From: Gemmatimonadales bacterium
GTDB lineage: Bacteria; Gemmatimonadota; Gemmatimonadetes; Gemmatimonadales; GWC2-71-9
Assembly: GCA_035259785.1 (NCBI GenBank)
Contig: DATFVZ010000235.1
Span: forward strand, 2,461 to 66,460
Direction: 5' to 3'
Length of the DNA stretch: 64,000 nt
Part shown: in pieces, positions 30,781 to 39,727 of the stretch
Layout of the letters: each line of letters opens with the position of its first letter
How positions within the stretch are numbered: the stretch's first letter is position 1
Notes under the pieces: generated by a model
What the model saw: only the letters and a program-made list of their open reading frames with translations
What the model was told of the DNA's origin: nothing
The model's database searches: none
Program-made: the position numbers and the translations under genes

Positions 30781-31982
30781 TTCCCTGGATCCAGCGCGAT
30801 CCCGCCCTGGCCTCGAATTTCGAAGTGCAGGTGTGGACCTTCGTCGCTCGACTCACCCCCGACATGCCCGATCACCTGGCCACGGATCACGCGGTCTCCC
30901 TGTGTGACCGTCGCATCGTTGAGATAGGCGTAGACCGTGTAATAGCCGCCGCCGTGGTCGATCAGCACCGAGGTAAGATACAGTCCGAGGCCTCCCGCGA
31001 GACTGACCGTCCCGGGCGCGACGGCGCGGACCGCCGTTCCCACCGGCGCCTTGATGCCGATCCCATGGCGTGGAATGCGTGTGTTGTTGGGCCCCGTCGT
31101 CGTCCCGAACGGGTAGATGATCGAGCCCTCGACGGGCCAATCCAGCCCGCCGAGATCCGCTGTGGTGATCGATCCTGTCGTTCCCACCGTGCCGCGCGAC
31201 TCAGCCTCGCGCCGCGCCCGTTCCAATGTCTCGATCCGGTTATTGAGTGTGCGCTCGTCGCGGTCGAGCTGCGAGAGCCGTTGTTGGGCTTGGCGTGTGC
31301 TCCGTCGGGTCTCGCGCAGGTTGGTTTCGCGCTCGTGCTCGAGCGTGACGTAGCGGCCGAGCTCGTCCGTCCGTTCGCGCCGCCGGCGAGCCAGCGTTTC
31401 CCGCGAGTCGACGAGCAGCTGCCGCTGCCGCGCCACCCGGTCACGCAGCTTGTCCACTTCGTTCGTGAGCAGCCGGTCCTGGCGACTGACGAGGTGCAGG
31501 TACTTGTACCTAGACAGAAGATCGCCGAAGCTCTCGGCCGCGAACATCACCTGCCAGCTATAGAGCGGCCCCCGTTTATAAATGTCGACGAGGCGGCGTT
31601 CCAGTACGGCGCGCTTTTCGAGCAGCGCGTCCTGGGCGATCAGCAGATCGACCGTGATCTGATCGATTTGTCCGCCGAGCCCGGTGATCTGGCGGTCCAA
31701 TTCGTTGACGATGCGGTTCGTGCTTTGCTTCTGACGCTCGATGTTCGAGATCTCGTCGGTGAGCGAGTGCGCCTGGGTGCGCAAGCGGGCCAGCTCCTGC
31801 TCCACTTCCGACCGCTCGCGCCGGATGTCTTCCAGGCGGCGCTGGTTGTCCTGCATTTGCTGGTGGTAGGTCGGGCGTTGAGCGTGCAACGGGGAACGGG
31901 AAACGGGAAACGTGAAAAGCCCGAGAAGCGCGACGATCAGCCACGCTTTCCGTTTCCCGTTTCCCGTTTCCCGTGACTTCAT
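30729..31982 (-). CDS. Murein hydrolase activator, EnvC-like (coiled coil plus M23/LytM domain)
   Basis: Signal peptide, a long coiled coil, and a C-terminal M23 domain (GIGIKAPVGTAVRAVAPGTV.., HLHFEIR). ATG at 31982 overlaps the ftsX stop (ATGA). The 547-aa track ORF is over-extended. Confidence 0.88.
   Translation of the reverse strand: MKSRETGNGKRKAWLIVALLGLFTFPVSRSPLHAQRPTYHQQMQDNQRRLEDIRRERSEVEQELARLRTQAHSLTDEISNIERQKQSTNRIVNELDRQITGLGGQIDQITVDLLIAQDALLEKRAVLERRLVDIYKRGPLYSWQVMFAAESFGDLLSRYKYLHLVSRQDRLLTNEVDKLRDRVARQRQLLVDSRETLARRRRERTDELGRYVTLEHERETNLRETRRSTRQAQQRLSQLDRDERTLNNRIETLERARREAESRGTVGTTGSITTADLGGLDWPVEGSIIYPFGTTTGPNNTRIPRHGIGIKAPVGTAVRAVAPGTVSLAGGLGLYLTSVLIDHGGGYYTVYAYLNDATVTQGDRVIRGQVIGHVGGESSDEGPHLHFEIRGQGGIALDPGNWLRPVQPRGARPSIPR
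31891..31972. repeat. Inverted arrays of tandem heptamers (GGGGAAC GGGAAAC GGGAAAC GTGAAAA ... GCTTTCC GTTTCCC GTTTCCC GTTTCCC) inside signal-peptide coding sequence
   Basis: Read directly. Left array 31891-31918, right array 31945-31972. About 21 complementary positions. The 26-nt loop encodes the hydrophobic core AWLIVALLGL. Confidence 0.85.
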
Positions 31983-32836
31983 ACGCGCCGCAGATGTCTG
32001 CCGACACTCGTTGCACTGCCGAGGAGTCCGATCACCGCTCCGAAGCCGACGATGGCGGCTGCCTGCTCCGTGGTAAAGAAAGACGACTGCAGCAGGTAGC
32101 GGTTGATGAGCAGGTAGGCGGCAAACGAGAGGCCGATCGCCACCGCGCCGCCGAGTAATCCCTTGATCGCGCCCTGGAGCAGGAACGGCCGCCGGATGAA
32201 CCCGTCGGTGGCGCCGACCAGTCGCATGATTGCGATCTCTCGGCTGCGCTGCAGAACGGCCATGCGGATCGTTGTGCCGATGATGATGATCGCGACCACG
32301 GCGAAAGCCGCGCCGACGACGATCCCGACGGCGGCCGCCAAGCCGCGCAGGCGATCGAGCTTTTCCACCCAATCACGGCCGAACCGGACGTCGTCGATGA
32401 ATCCAAAGCCACGCAACCGCTCCGCGACGAGGCTCACGTGATCGGCATCGCGAAAGCCCGGCTTCAGCTTGATTTCGATCGACGCCGGGAGCGGATTGCG
32501 CTCCAATTCCTCCATGACGTCGCGCAGCTCCACGAGTTCAGCGCGGGCCCGCGCCAACGCGTCATCTTCCGAGACGTAATTGGCTGTCTGGACTTCGGGG
32601 AACCCCTGAATGTCCGTCAGCGCCTGCGCCGTCGCTTCCCCCGGCGTTCCGGCCAGGAGGTACGCGACGATCTCCACGCGCTCTTCAACGCCTTGCAACG
32701 CGCCCTGGAGGTTCACCACAACCAGGCCGAACAGACCGAGGACGAAGAGCGAGAACGCGATGGTGGTGACAGAGAGCGCCGAGAGCAGGGGGGCGCGCTT
32801 GAACGTGAGCATCGCCTCACGCAGCGTCAGATTCAA
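31979..32836 (-). CDS. ftsX: Cell division ABC transporter permease FtsX
   Basis: 285 aa with FtsX topology (TM1, periplasmic domain, 3 TM). Follows ftsE with a 4-nt overlap. Confidence 0.92.
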   Translation of the reverse strand: MNLTLREAMLTFKRAPLLSALSVTTIAFSLFVLGLFGLVVVNLQGALQGVEERVEIVAYLLAGTPGEATAQALTDIQGFPEVQTANYVSEDDALARARAELVELRDVMEELERNPLPASIEIKLKPGFRDADHVSLVAERLRGFGFIDDVRFGRDWVEKLDRLRGLAAAVGIVVGAAFAVVAIIIIGTTIRMAVLQRSREIAIMRLVGATDGFIRRPFLLQGAIKGLLGGAVAIGLSFAAYLLINRYLLQSSFFTTEQAAAIVGFGAVIGLLGSATSVGRHLRRV

Positions 32837-33534
32837 ACCGTCCCTCCCGTGGCCTGGTCGCGCGCTTCATCCACCGCTGAATCGTAGACGAGCGCACCTT
32901 CTTGCAGCTCGATGACGCGGTAGGGCGCCTGGCGTACGAGGTCGAGATCGTGCGTTGCCATTACCACTGCCGTGCCGCTCGCGTTGATGTCGCGCAGCAG
33001 CTGGAAGACGCCACGGGTCGCCCGCTCATCGAGATTCCCGGTCGGTTCGTCGGCGAGGAGCACGGTCGGCTCATTCACGAGGGCGCGGGCGATGGCGACC
33101 CGCTGCTGCTCACCGCCCGACAGCTCGCGCGGATATGCCTGCGCCTTGGCGGCGAGGCCGACCTGGGTCAGCACGCGCATCACGCGCGCGGCAATGGTCG
33201 AGCTGCGCGCGCTGGTAACCTCCAGGGCAAAGGCAACGTTCTCTTCGGCGGTCCGGTCTTCGAGCAGTCGGAAATCCTGGAATACGATGCCGAGCTTGCG
33301 ACGCAGCAGCGGGACCTCACGGGGCTTCATCTCGTTGACGTTGTACCCGGAGACACGCACCTCGCCCGAGGTCGGCCGTTCTTCGGCGTAGATCAGCTTC
33401 ATCACGGTCGACTTGCCGGCGCCGGAATGTCCGGTCAGGAAGGCGAACTCGCCCTTGCCGACGTGGAAGGACACGTCCTTGAGCGCCAGGCCTCCCTTCG
33501 GGAAGGCCTTGAAGACACTTGTGAACTTGATCAC
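32833..33534 (-). CDS. ftsE: Cell division ATP-binding protein FtsE
   Basis: Walker A GHSGAGKST, signature LSGGEQQRV, Walker B LLADEPTGNLD. Confidence 0.95.
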   Translation of the reverse strand: MIKFTSVFKAFPKGGLALKDVSFHVGKGEFAFLTGHSGAGKSTVMKLIYAEERPTSGEVRVSGYNVNEMKPREVPLLRRKLGIVFQDFRLLEDRTAEENVAFALEVTSARSSTIAARVMRVLTQVGLAAKAQAYPRELSGGEQQRVAIARALVNEPTVLLADEPTGNLDERATRGVFQLLRDINASGTAVVMATHDLDLVRQAPYRVIELQEGALVYDSAVDEARDQATGGTV

Positions 33535-34692
33535 TTACTGTCGCGCCAGAGCCTGGGCGAAGTCCGCGATGAGATCATCGGGGTCCTCCAATCCCAGGGA
33601 AAATCTCAAGAATCCGTCGGGAATGCCAGCCTTCGCGCGCTGCTCGGCGCCCAGGCTCGCGTGCGATGTGAGCCGCGGCTCGGATACTAGCGTTTCTACC
33701 CCGCCGAGGCTCGGCGCATGCACGGCGATTGTCAGCGACTTGAGGAAGCGCTCGGCGGCCCGCACCCCACCCTTTAGCTCGATGCCGACCATCCCCCCGA
33801 AGCCCCCCAGAATGCGTTTCGCGAGCTCGTGATCGGGATGCGAGGGCAGACCGGGGTAATGGACCTTCGCGATGGCGTCTTGTTTGGAGCACCACTCCGC
33901 CACGGCGAGTCCGATTTCGTTGTGCCGGCGCGTGCGCACCGCGAGCGTGCGCATGCCGCGGTCGGTCAGCCAGGCGGCGAAGGGATCGATGGCCTGCCCC
34001 CAGACCTGCAGCAGCCGCCGAACTTCTTCGATCACCTGGTCGGTTCCCGCCACGGCGCCGGCGATGACGTCCGCATGACCATTCAAGTATTTCGTCGCGG
34101 AGTGAATCACGATGTCGGCGCCGTGCTCGAGCGGCCGGAGATTCACCGGGGACGCGAAAGTCGAATCGACGATGAGCGCCAGTCCTTCTTCCTTGCACAG
34201 GGCGGCGATCGGCTCGATATCGATCACGCGCATCAGCGGGTTCGTGGGTGTCTCGAGAAACACTGCTCGCGTCGTCTTCCGCATCGCGCGTTTCCAGGTG
34301 CGCTGTTGCGTCGGAGTCACGAAAGACACTTCGATGCCCAGTTTTCCGAATTCCTCGCGGAACAACCGGGTCACGCCGCCATAGATCCATTCGCTCGCGA
34401 GGAGATGATCGCCCGGCCGGAGCACGGCCAGATGCGCGAGCGCGACGGCGCCCATCCCACTTGCGAGAAAGAGCGCGGCATCGGCGCCTTCCAGCAGCGC
34501 CAGCTTCTTGCCGATGTCGACCTGATTGGGGTTGTTCCCGTAGCGGGTGTACAGCACTTCGGCGGTCGACCCGACCGGATTCGTGAATGTGGCGCTTTGG
34601 TAGAGCGGGGGGGCGACGGAGGTCCAGTCGGCGCGCGCTTTGGGGTCGCCGTGGATGGCGCGCGTCGAGAGCCCCAGGCGACGACGTTTCAC
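33535..34692 (-). CDS. Cys/Met-metabolism PLP-dependent enzyme (cystathionine gamma-synthase / beta- or gamma-lyase family)
   Basis: 385 aa with the PLP-lysine motif HSATKYLNGHADV and family-typical blocks. GTG start overlaps the upstream stop. Its stop abuts the ftsE start with no gap. Confidence 0.9.
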   Translation of the reverse strand: MKRRRLGLSTRAIHGDPKARADWTSVAPPLYQSATFTNPVGSTAEVLYTRYGNNPNQVDIGKKLALLEGADAALFLASGMGAVALAHLAVLRPGDHLLASEWIYGGVTRLFREEFGKLGIEVSFVTPTQQRTWKRAMRKTTRAVFLETPTNPLMRVIDIEPIAALCKEEGLALIVDSTFASPVNLRPLEHGADIVIHSATKYLNGHADVIAGAVAGTDQVIEEVRRLLQVWGQAIDPFAAWLTDRGMRTLAVRTRRHNEIGLAVAEWCSKQDAIAKVHYPGLPSHPDHELAKRILGGFGGMVGIELKGGVRAAERFLKSLTIAVHAPSLGGVETLVSEPRLTSHASLGAEQRAKAGIPDGFLRFSLGLEDPDDLIADFAQALARQ

Positions 34693-35105
34693 GCCGCGGT
34701 GAAGCGGATGGAGCCTCCGGAATTTCGGGCTGCCAGTCGCCGCTGGATCAGCTCGTCCAGCAGAGCGGGTGCCGGTTCGGTGGCTCCCAGACCTTCAAGC
34801 ACGCCGTCCGCGCGCTCACAGAGCACAGCGAGGCCCGCGCCGGCGAGCACCGGCTCGATGGCCTCGCGGTGCGCGTCCGTCAGGCAGCGCAGCAACAGCA
34901 CCTTCACTTTGTCGCGCACCAGCTTTGCGACGATTTCGTCCGCGCAGGAATAGTCCAGGCAACCGACGCCGGTGAAATCCATCACCGCGATGCTTCCGGC
35001 GGGTAAATCGCGCTCGATGTTTTCGCGAACCGCGCGGCCGGTTGGCCGCGTGACGAGATCCGTGTACAGGCCGGACACCGATTGTTGCAGCACGGCTTGA
35101 ACCAT
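34689..35105 (-). CDS. STAS-like (DUF4325-like) small protein, 138 aa
   Basis: The pattern TDLVTRPTGRAVRENIE..GSIAVMDFTGVGCLDYSCADEIVAKL resembles the STAS-like DUF4325 pattern as I recall it. I trimmed the start to ATG at 35105, 11 nt after the ATPase stop; the track start lies inside the upstream gene. Confidence 0.6.
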   Translation of the reverse strand: MVQAVLQQSVSGLYTDLVTRPTGRAVRENIERDLPAGSIAVMDFTGVGCLDYSCADEIVAKLVRDKVKVLLLRCLTDAHREAIEPVLAGAGLAVLCERADGVLEGLGATEPAPALLDELIQRRLAARNSGGSIRFTAA

Positions 35106-35116
35106 GATGTGCGGGA

Positions 35117-36028
35117 TCACTGCTTCGACGGTCCTCCTCCCGACCCCTGTTCCGGAATGATCAACAGGACCTGCGAGCCTGGAAATGCCGGCAACCCATC
35201 TTTCAGTGGAACATCGTCGTCCCACCGCGGCACGATGGCAATGCGCGCGGTGCCGCTCCGGATGGCGACCTTTCCCTCCCACCGGGCCAGATAGCGCCGG
35301 ATCCCCGCGAGGCCCTGGCCGCGCCCCGGATCTCGGAACCGGCTGACGCCCTGGATCAGCGCGGCTTCAAGCGCCGCCGCGTCGCCCCACCGCTCACCGA
35401 ACCGCTTGGCCTGGGTAGGTTCCAAAGAATGCCGGAACCCCACACCGGCGTCCGCGACTGCGATCACGACAACCCGACGCGCGAGCTTGCGCCGCCAGTT
35501 GTACGCTTGCACCGCGACCCACCCGCCGGTGCCGGCGTGCTCCACAATATTCTGACAGGACTCCGAAAGCGCCATAGCGAAACCCATCGTCGCCTTCGGA
35601 TCGAGCCCAAGCTCCGAGCTGAGGATTGCCGACGCGCGCTGCTGAATCGTGCTGACGACCGCATGCACGTCTTCGGCGGCGCGCACCGACGTCACGGGTA
35701 GCAACACGTCGCTTTCAACCGCCGGCTTCGTCTTCGGGACCTTGCCGTGAACTTCGAACAAGTCACCCGCTTCACGGAAGAATCCGGCGCGTGCCCAATA
35801 GCTCACCACTTCAGAATTCGCGGGTGCGGTGAGCAGCGGCCGCTCACCCTGCCGCGCCGCCGCCTCGCCCGCAGCCAGCAGACCGACCAATCCGTACGGC
35901 GACGCCCATTCGGCCGCATGGGCGTCGAATAACAATCGCTCGCCGTCGGCCGCCAGCGCGTAGGCGGCAGCGAATTGGTCGAAGGAGCGGTCGTCGAATT
36001 GCGTCGGTACTTCGACGAGCCGCGTCAT
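35117..36028 (-). CDS. GHKL/HATPase_c-type ATP-binding protein (RsbW/SpoIIAB-like kinase fold) with uncharacterised N-terminal domain
   Basis: N-box ESCQNIVEHAG, G1 DAGVGF, G2 GRGQGLAGI. The roughly 150-aa N-terminal domain is unassigned. ATGA overlap with the upstream PfkB gene. Confidence 0.75.
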   Translation of the reverse strand: MTRLVEVPTQFDDRSFDQFAAAYALAADGERLLFDAHAAEWASPYGLVGLLAAGEAAARQGERPLLTAPANSEVVSYWARAGFFREAGDLFEVHGKVPKTKPAVESDVLLPVTSVRAAEDVHAVVSTIQQRASAILSSELGLDPKATMGFAMALSESCQNIVEHAGTGGWVAVQAYNWRRKLARRVVVIAVADAGVGFRHSLEPTQAKRFGERWGDAAALEAALIQGVSRFRDPGRGQGLAGIRRYLARWEGKVAIRSGTARIAIVPRWDDDVPLKDGLPAFPGSQVLLIIPEQGSGGGPSKQ

Positions 36029-36960
36029 GCCACCGAGAGCTTTCCAATGAGATGATCGCGCAGCCCGGTGGCCCCGCGATGCGTCAAGTTTCTTGTGCCC
36101 AACTGGGTTCCGGTGCGCACCGCATCCTCCAACGACGCGCCGCCGAGCAACGCCGCCACGACGGCGCCACCAAACACATCGCCGCAGCCGGTCGGATCAT
36201 TCACCTGTGTCAAGGCCTGAGGATGGATTGCGGGAGGGGGGATCCGCTCGGTGCGGATCGGGTTTCCGGTGAAGTACGCAGCGCCGCGAGCTCCGAGGGT
36301 CACGCAGAGCGACTTGCAGCCTTGGTGCATCACGTTTGCCGCGACGGCGAACGGATCGGCGCCGAGTTGCGCCATCTCATCTTCGTTGACCTGCACGGCA
36401 TCGAAGCAGCTGAACCATGCAGGGGCTTGAGGCAGGGCCCTGCGGACTCGGGTACCGTCCGGCTCCTTGGCCAGGAAGAGACTGTGGAGGTCCGCGTAGA
36501 TGAAGTTTGCAAAGCCACGCCGCAGGATCAGGGCAGTCTCGAGATTCAGCTCGTATCCGGAAATGAAGTTGATGTAGAGCGCGTCGAGGTCGCGGATGAG
36601 CGGGCCGAGCTCCGGCCACGTCCACGGAGGAACGCCGCCGCTCATCTGTTCGCAACGCCGCTCGGCGGATTCATAGCGGAGCGTCACGCGATTGTTAGGT
36701 TCGGGAACTTCGACAAAGCGTGCGGCGTGCGGCGTGCGGCGCAGCGTACGCAGGAACTCGTTCGCCTTTGGGGCGAGGTCGCGGCCCACTTTGATGAGCG
36801 GGATGATCTCCCAATTGTCCGGCAGCGTCGCGTCGAGGGCTGAGAGCGCATACGCGATCCCGCCCCATTCCTGGATCGCGGGCTGGGCAGGATCGCGGCC
36901 GTAAATTGTATCCCATACCAGCGACCCGATCACGCCGACGCGCTTCAGCGAAGCCCCCAA
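36025..36960 (-). CDS. PfkB-family carbohydrate kinase
   Basis: C-terminal PfkB signature DPTGCGDVFGGA. N-terminus VGVIGSLVWD. Start uncertain: TTG at 36960 is the candidate, 16-nt overlap with the ROK gene; the track start at 37077 is over-extended. Confidence 0.8.
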   Translation of the reverse strand: MGASLKRVGVIGSLVWDTIYGRDPAQPAIQEWGGIAYALSALDATLPDNWEIIPLIKVGRDLAPKANEFLRTLRRTPHAARFVEVPEPNNRVTLRYESAERRCEQMSGGVPPWTWPELGPLIRDLDALYINFISGYELNLETALILRRGFANFIYADLHSLFLAKEPDGTRVRRALPQAPAWFSCFDAVQVNEDEMAQLGADPFAVAANVMHQGCKSLCVTLGARGAAYFTGNPIRTERIPPPAIHPQALTQVNDPTGCGDVFGGAVVAALLGGASLEDAVRTGTQLGTRNLTHRGATGLRDHLIGKLSVA

Positions 36961-37907
36961 TGCTTGTCGATGAAGACGGCCGCGGCGCCATAGACGCCGG
37001 CGGTACCTGGCAGGGTGCCCGGCACGATTCGACACACTTCCCACGCCGGCTTGAACGCGCGTCGCTTCACTTCCCAACGTAGCGGATTGAACAAGCGGTC
37101 GCCGGCCTGGGTGACTCCACCGCAGATCACGACGACTTCCGGATTGAAGATGTTGACAAAACTCGCGACCGCGGCACCCAGCAGCGACGCGGTCTCACGC
37201 ACGATCTCGAGTGCCCACTCGTCGCCGTCGTTCGCGGCCTCGTACACGATCTGCGCGGTAATCTTGGTGAGATCGCCGTTGACATACTGGGCGAGCGTAG
37301 TGTCGGTCCCGGACTGGATGCCCTCCACGGCGCGCTCCGCGATCGCCGGCCCGGACGCGTACGCTTCGATGCAGCCGTAATTACCACACTTACAGTGGCG
37401 CCCATTGGCGTCGATAGTCACGTGGCCAAACTCGCCCGCGACGTCGCTGGCGCCATGATAGATCTTGCCGTCGATGACGATCCCACCGCCGATGCCCGTC
37501 CCCAGCGTGAACCCGATGACGTACTTCGCCCCGCTCGCGGCGCCACGCCACCACTCACCGTAGATCGCGCAGTTGGCGTCGTTATCGAGTGTGGCGGGAA
37601 GGCCGAGGCCCTCACTCACGCGATCGCGCAGCGGCATGTTTGTCCAGCCGAGATTGGGGGTCAGCAGGACGACGCCCGTCTTCGTGTTAAGCGGACCTGG
37701 TGAGCCAATCCCCACGCCTTCGACTTTCTTGCCCGACTCGGCGATCGAGGCCTTCGCGAGCTTCACGATGCGACCGATGACCGAGTCGGCTCCCTGCGCG
37801 GACAGCGTAGGCTCCGACACGACACCATGAATCTCGGAGCCGTCCTCGGCGAGAACCCCCGCGACGAGATTTGTCCCACCCACGTCAACTCCGACGACGT
37901 AGCGCAC
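36945..37907 (-). CDS. ROK-family glucokinase
   Basis: GTG at 37907 is preceded by GAGGAG and gives MRYVVGVDVGGTNL. ROK zinc motif CKCGNYGCIEAYAS. The track start at 38069 is over-extended into the GT9 gene. Confidence 0.88.
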   Translation of the reverse strand: MRYVVGVDVGGTNLVAGVLAEDGSEIHGVVSEPTLSAQGADSVIGRIVKLAKASIAESGKKVEGVGIGSPGPLNTKTGVVLLTPNLGWTNMPLRDRVSEGLGLPATLDNDANCAIYGEWWRGAASGAKYVIGFTLGTGIGGGIVIDGKIYHGASDVAGEFGHVTIDANGRHCKCGNYGCIEAYASGPAIAERAVEGIQSGTDTTLAQYVNGDLTKITAQIVYEAANDGDEWALEIVRETASLLGAAVASFVNIFNPEVVVICGGVTQAGDRLFNPLRWEVKRRAFKPAWEVCRIVPGTLPGTAGVYGAAAVFIDKHWGLR

Positions 37908-38913
37908 CGGTCTCCTCGATTGCTGTAATGACGGCCTCGACACTGAGGTCACGCATGCAGCGATGATGCCCCAAGGGGCATTGCAGGGGACCATGCGGCG
38001 AACATGGGCGGCACACCAGTCCCTGCATTCCCAAGGCGAGGTCTCCGCTCCGCAGCGGGCCGAAACCAAACTCCGTCACCGTCGGTCCGAACAAGGCGAC
38101 GATCGGAGTGCCCATCGCCGTTGCCAAATGGAGCGGCGCACTGTCGTTCGTGACGAGCAACTGCGCCCGGCCCAGCAGCGCAGCGGACTCGCGCAACGTC
38201 AGTCGACCGCAGGCATTGACGACCCGCTGCCGCCCGTTGACGTCTGCTCCGGACCTGATTTCGTCACCCAACCGAGCGTCTTCCTTGCTTCCGACGACCA
38301 CCACGACGACGTGGGCCGCCAGTCGCGCGGCGAGCTCCGGATAGTAGGGCCAGCGTTTGCTGCCCCATATCGATCCGGGAGCGAGCGCGACGAAACCGCT
38401 CTCATCCCCCACGAGCGCTGCCGCCGCGTCCTCGTCCTGCGCCGTCGTCCGCAGGTGGGGACGATAGGCGCCCGGAGGCTCATCCGCGAGGGCCAGGAGC
38501 CGGTCGCTTTCGTGTCCCGTTCGGGGTTTGCGCCTTGCGTCCGTATAGAGGAAGGACCAGCGGCCGGAGAAGCCGACCCGGGAGGGGATCCGGCTGATCC
38601 AGCCCAGAGCGGCGCTACGTAACGAACGGTGTGGGAGATAGACGCGGGCGTACCGCTCTGCCCTGAGCCGGCCGGTCAGCTTCTGGAAGCCCGCCCACCC
38701 ACGATCGCCGCCACGCTTGTCGTAGGGAATCACTTGCCTGACGGCGGGATGCGTCTCGAGCAGCGGCGCGGCGAGGGGCGTGGTTACGACATCTGCCGGG
38801 CCGTGCCGGGCCGCAACCGCGGACAGCAGCGGCGTCGTGAGTACGACATCGCCCAGAAACGCAGTTTGGATGACGAGGGTCGGCGAACTCAAGGAAGCCG
38901 CGCCACGGCCCAT
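37885..38913 (-). CDS. Glycosyltransferase family 9 (LPS heptosyltransferase-like)
   Basis: 342 aa. N-terminus LVIQTAFLGDVVLTTPLL, and NDSAPLHLATAMGTPIVALFGPT, typical of RfaF/WaaC-type GT9. Confidence 0.88.
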   Translation of the reverse strand: MGRGAASLSSPTLVIQTAFLGDVVLTTPLLSAVAARHGPADVVTTPLAAPLLETHPAVRQVIPYDKRGGDRGWAGFQKLTGRLRAERYARVYLPHRSLRSAALGWISRIPSRVGFSGRWSFLYTDARRKPRTGHESDRLLALADEPPGAYRPHLRTTAQDEDAAAALVGDESGFVALAPGSIWGSKRWPYYPELAARLAAHVVVVVVGSKEDARLGDEIRSGADVNGRQRVVNACGRLTLRESAALLGRAQLLVTNDSAPLHLATAMGTPIVALFGPTVTEFGFGPLRSGDLALGMQGLVCRPCSPHGPLQCPLGHHRCMRDLSVEAVITAIEETGALRRRS

Positions 38914-39725
38914 ACTGGGTCGTGGTCGCTTGTACCGAGCGTGTCTCGCACGATCCCGGTCACCTTGGCGCCGCCCGGCGGGGGCGGGCGGAAGCCCTTC
39001 AGAAAGATGTGATCCCAGTTGAAGAACGTGCTGGTGAATCCATTGTGTTCAGTCGGCCACTGATAGCCGCCCGCGACGAACTCCTTGCCGATGCCGTGAC
39101 TGTTCATGTCGCCCCCCACGATGACGAGCGAATAGCCTGCGGCGTTCGCGAGAATCGCGTCTGCCTGGTCCCGTCGCTTAGAGGGCCGGATCTCGGTCGG
39201 AGTCCCCAGGTGTGTGCTGTACACGCGTACCCTGACTGTATCCACCAGGATGGTCGCGGCTGTCGCAATGCGCTGCGACGATCGCATTCCGGCAACATGC
39301 GGCAGCATCAGTTTCTCATCCGCGATGATCGGCCAGCGCGACAGGACCGCGTTGCCGAAATCGTGCCTCGCGGCCTTGGGATGGACGGTCGCGGGATAAT
39401 AGACCCACGACATCCCCAAAGCCTCGGCGATGCGTTGTGTCCCCTCGGCGTCCATCTCTTGGAGGACGACGATGTCGGCACCGGGCAGCGGCGCGCGTGT
39501 CGTGAGCACGTTGATTGCTCGATCGATGTGCCTGCCGAATCTGACGTTGTAGGTCACCACCCGCAGCACGCGAGTCGCAGTCGAGTCGGGCCGAGTCGTG
39601 TGAGCACCGGTGTAGCGTGGGCCTAACGCACTGGGGTAATTCAGAACCTTGCGGCAGCCAAGACCGGCGGCGACCACGATCGACATCATGGTCATGCATC
39701 TATACATGCGTCTCTGCACCATCAC
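38889..39725 (-). CDS. Endonuclease/exonuclease/phosphatase (EEP) family protein, secreted
   Basis: LRVVTYNVRFG, VVLQEMD, GGDMNS and TSDHDPV motifs. Several possible starts between 39689 and 39725. Confidence 0.85.
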   Translation of the reverse strand: MMVQRRMYRCMTMMSIVVAAGLGCRKVLNYPSALGPRYTGAHTTRPDSTATRVLRVVTYNVRFGRHIDRAINVLTTRAPLPGADIVVLQEMDAEGTQRIAEALGMSWVYYPATVHPKAARHDFGNAVLSRWPIIADEKLMLPHVAGMRSSQRIATAATILVDTVRVRVYSTHLGTPTEIRPSKRRDQADAILANAAGYSLVIVGGDMNSHGIGKEFVAGGYQWPTEHNGFTSTFFNWDHIFLKGFRPPPPGGAKVTGIVRDTLGTSDHDPVWAVARLP

Positions 39726-39727
39726 TC

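Noticed and set aside
31945-31982. Possible -1 programmed ribosomal frameshift. In mRNA sense one GGGAAAC copy sits in the X_XXY_YYZ register (ACG GGA AAC), with potential structure downstream.
   Set aside because: The zero frame continues into a complete, well-formed EnvC-like protein. The slippery-like heptamer is itself part of the hairpin arm rather than 5-9 nt upstream of it. No plausible -1-frame product with recognisable function is evident. It remains only a remote possibility.
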